This document shows, in pieces, positions 36,882 to 37,568 of a stretch of 37,568 nt of DNA. Below the pieces are notes generated by a model. That model was given only the letters and a program-made list of their open reading frames with translations, made no database searches and was not told the origin of the DNA. Location of the stretch: positions 1 to 37,568 of the forward strand of contig DLBP01000019.1 in NCBI GenBank assembly GCA_002480165.1, given 5' to 3'. The position numbers were made by a program, and so were the translations under genes. The DNA is from Proteobacteria bacterium UBA7821 (GTDB lineage Bacteria > Pseudomonadota > Gammaproteobacteria > Comchoanobacterales > Comchoanobacteraceae). Within the stretch, counting starts at the first letter, position 1. Each line of letters opens with the position of its first letter.

Positions 36882-37568
36882 ATGGATTCAGTATGGCCAA
36901 TTTGGAAACCTCCTTGGAAACGAGTCATTGGTTTTGTTGATTTTGATGCGTTCTTTGCATCTGTCGAGCAATTAGATAACCCCAAGCTAAAGAATAAGCC
37001 AGTGGTTGTTACCAATGGCCAGCAAGGTAGTTGTATTATCACTTGTTCATATGAGGCTAGATCGTTTGGTATTAAAACAGGCATGCGACTATCTGAAGCC
37101 AAACAATTATGTCCTCACCTATATCGTTGCGGCTCTAGGCCACAGCGGTATACAGATATATCGCGATCGGTTATGCTGGCTTTGACTGCGATCAGTCCCG
37201 ACATAGAGGTGTTTTCAATCGATGAGGCATTCATTGATTTAACCGATGTACATCACCTATATGACAGCCCTAATGCCCTAATCACAACCATTAGTGATTT
37301 GGTTTCGAAAGTGATCGATCTACCCATATCTATTGCCATAGCAAGCAATAAGACTTGTGCAAAATACATAGCTCAAGTATTAAAACCGAATGCACGTTGC
37401 GTGATACCAGCTGACTACAATCAACTATTTTTAAAGCGTGTCCCTGTTAGTCAGTTGTGTGGCATTGGTAAGAAAATAGCCATTTTTTTGTCTCGTTATG
37501 GTGTGCATACCTGTGGTGATATGCAGTCGATACCGATGTCTATATTGGCTAAGCGTTATGGTGCAAAA
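36882..37568 (+). CDS. dinB: Y-family DNA polymerase (DinB/Pol IV-like), N-terminal 229 codons (runs off window edge)
   Basis: Not in the ORF track because it is open to the 3' edge. My translation from ATG 36882 gives MDSVWPIWKPPWKRVIGFVDFDAFFASVEQLDNPKLKNKPVVV…SYEARSFGIKTGM…SIDEAFIDLTD…IAIASNK.CAK…LKPN…LCGIGKK…. It lies 25 nt downstream of lexA. Confidence 0.85.
   Translation, partial: MDSVWPIWKPPWKRVIGFVDFDAFFASVEQLDNPKLKNKPVVVTNGQQGSCIITCSYEARSFGIKTGMRLSEAKQLCPHLYRCGSRPQRYTDISRSVMLALTAISPDIEVFSIDEAFIDLTDVHHLYDSPNALITTISDLVSKVIDLPISIAIASNKTCAKYIAQVLKPNARCVIPADYNQLFLKRVPVSQLCGIGKKIAIFLSRYGVHTCGDMQSIPMSILAKRYGAK

Noticed and set aside
36854-37102. An 82-aa minus-strand ORF downstream of lexA.
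   Set aside because: It is antisense to the clearly recognisable Y-family polymerase reading frame that starts at 36882 on the plus strand.
1-37568. A scan for CRISPR arrays, IS elements or transposases, integrases, phage genes, toxin-antitoxin pairs and long tandem repeats.
   Set aside because: I saw no repeat-spacer periodicity, no transposase- or integrase-like ORF in the six-frame track, and no terminal inverted repeats. The only tRNA (Leu) has no adjacent island.

Overview
This is a compact, roughly 40% GC (by eye) gammaproteobacterial chromosome segment, mostly housekeeping genes, with many 4-nt ATGA/TTGA start-stop overlaps. On the minus strand, left to right, are a complete 14-gene complex I operon (nuoM partial at the edge back to nuoA), tpiA, tRNA-Leu(GAG) and secG. 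The plus strand then carries a ribosomal/replication operon (rpsF fused in frame to rpsR, a multi-pass membrane protein, rplI, dnaB, sdhE) and a secreted hypothetical protein. The minus strand resumes with an isolated dotU(icmH)-icmF pair, a beta-carbonic anhydrase, recR and ybaB. A 2.4-kb plus-strand insert (a 620-aa ORFan and a DUF2177-like protein) splits ybaB from dnaX. Next come the SRP RNA gene (ffs), a dimeric-type GlyRS, a 484-aa multi-TM ORFan, a BEM46-like alpha/beta hydrolase and an Sfp-type PPTase. Diverging from these are a 1139-aa LplT-Aas fusion and a NadM-like NMN adenylyltransferase. The window ends with tatC, lexA and a 3'-truncated Y-family polymerase. I saw no CRISPR array, IS element, integrase or long repeat. 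The dotU/icmF pair without other T6SS genes suggests a Dot/Icm-bearing (Legionellales-like) lineage; that is inference only. The items most worth follow-up are: the in-frame S6-S18 ribosomal protein fusion; the ORFan cassette splitting dnaX-ybaB-recR; the orphan dotU-icmF pair; a GTTC-N7-GTTC direct repeat exactly filling the lexA promoter spacer; and a possible lysophospholipid-repair divergon. All calls come from reading the sequence and recalling family motifs. No database search was run.
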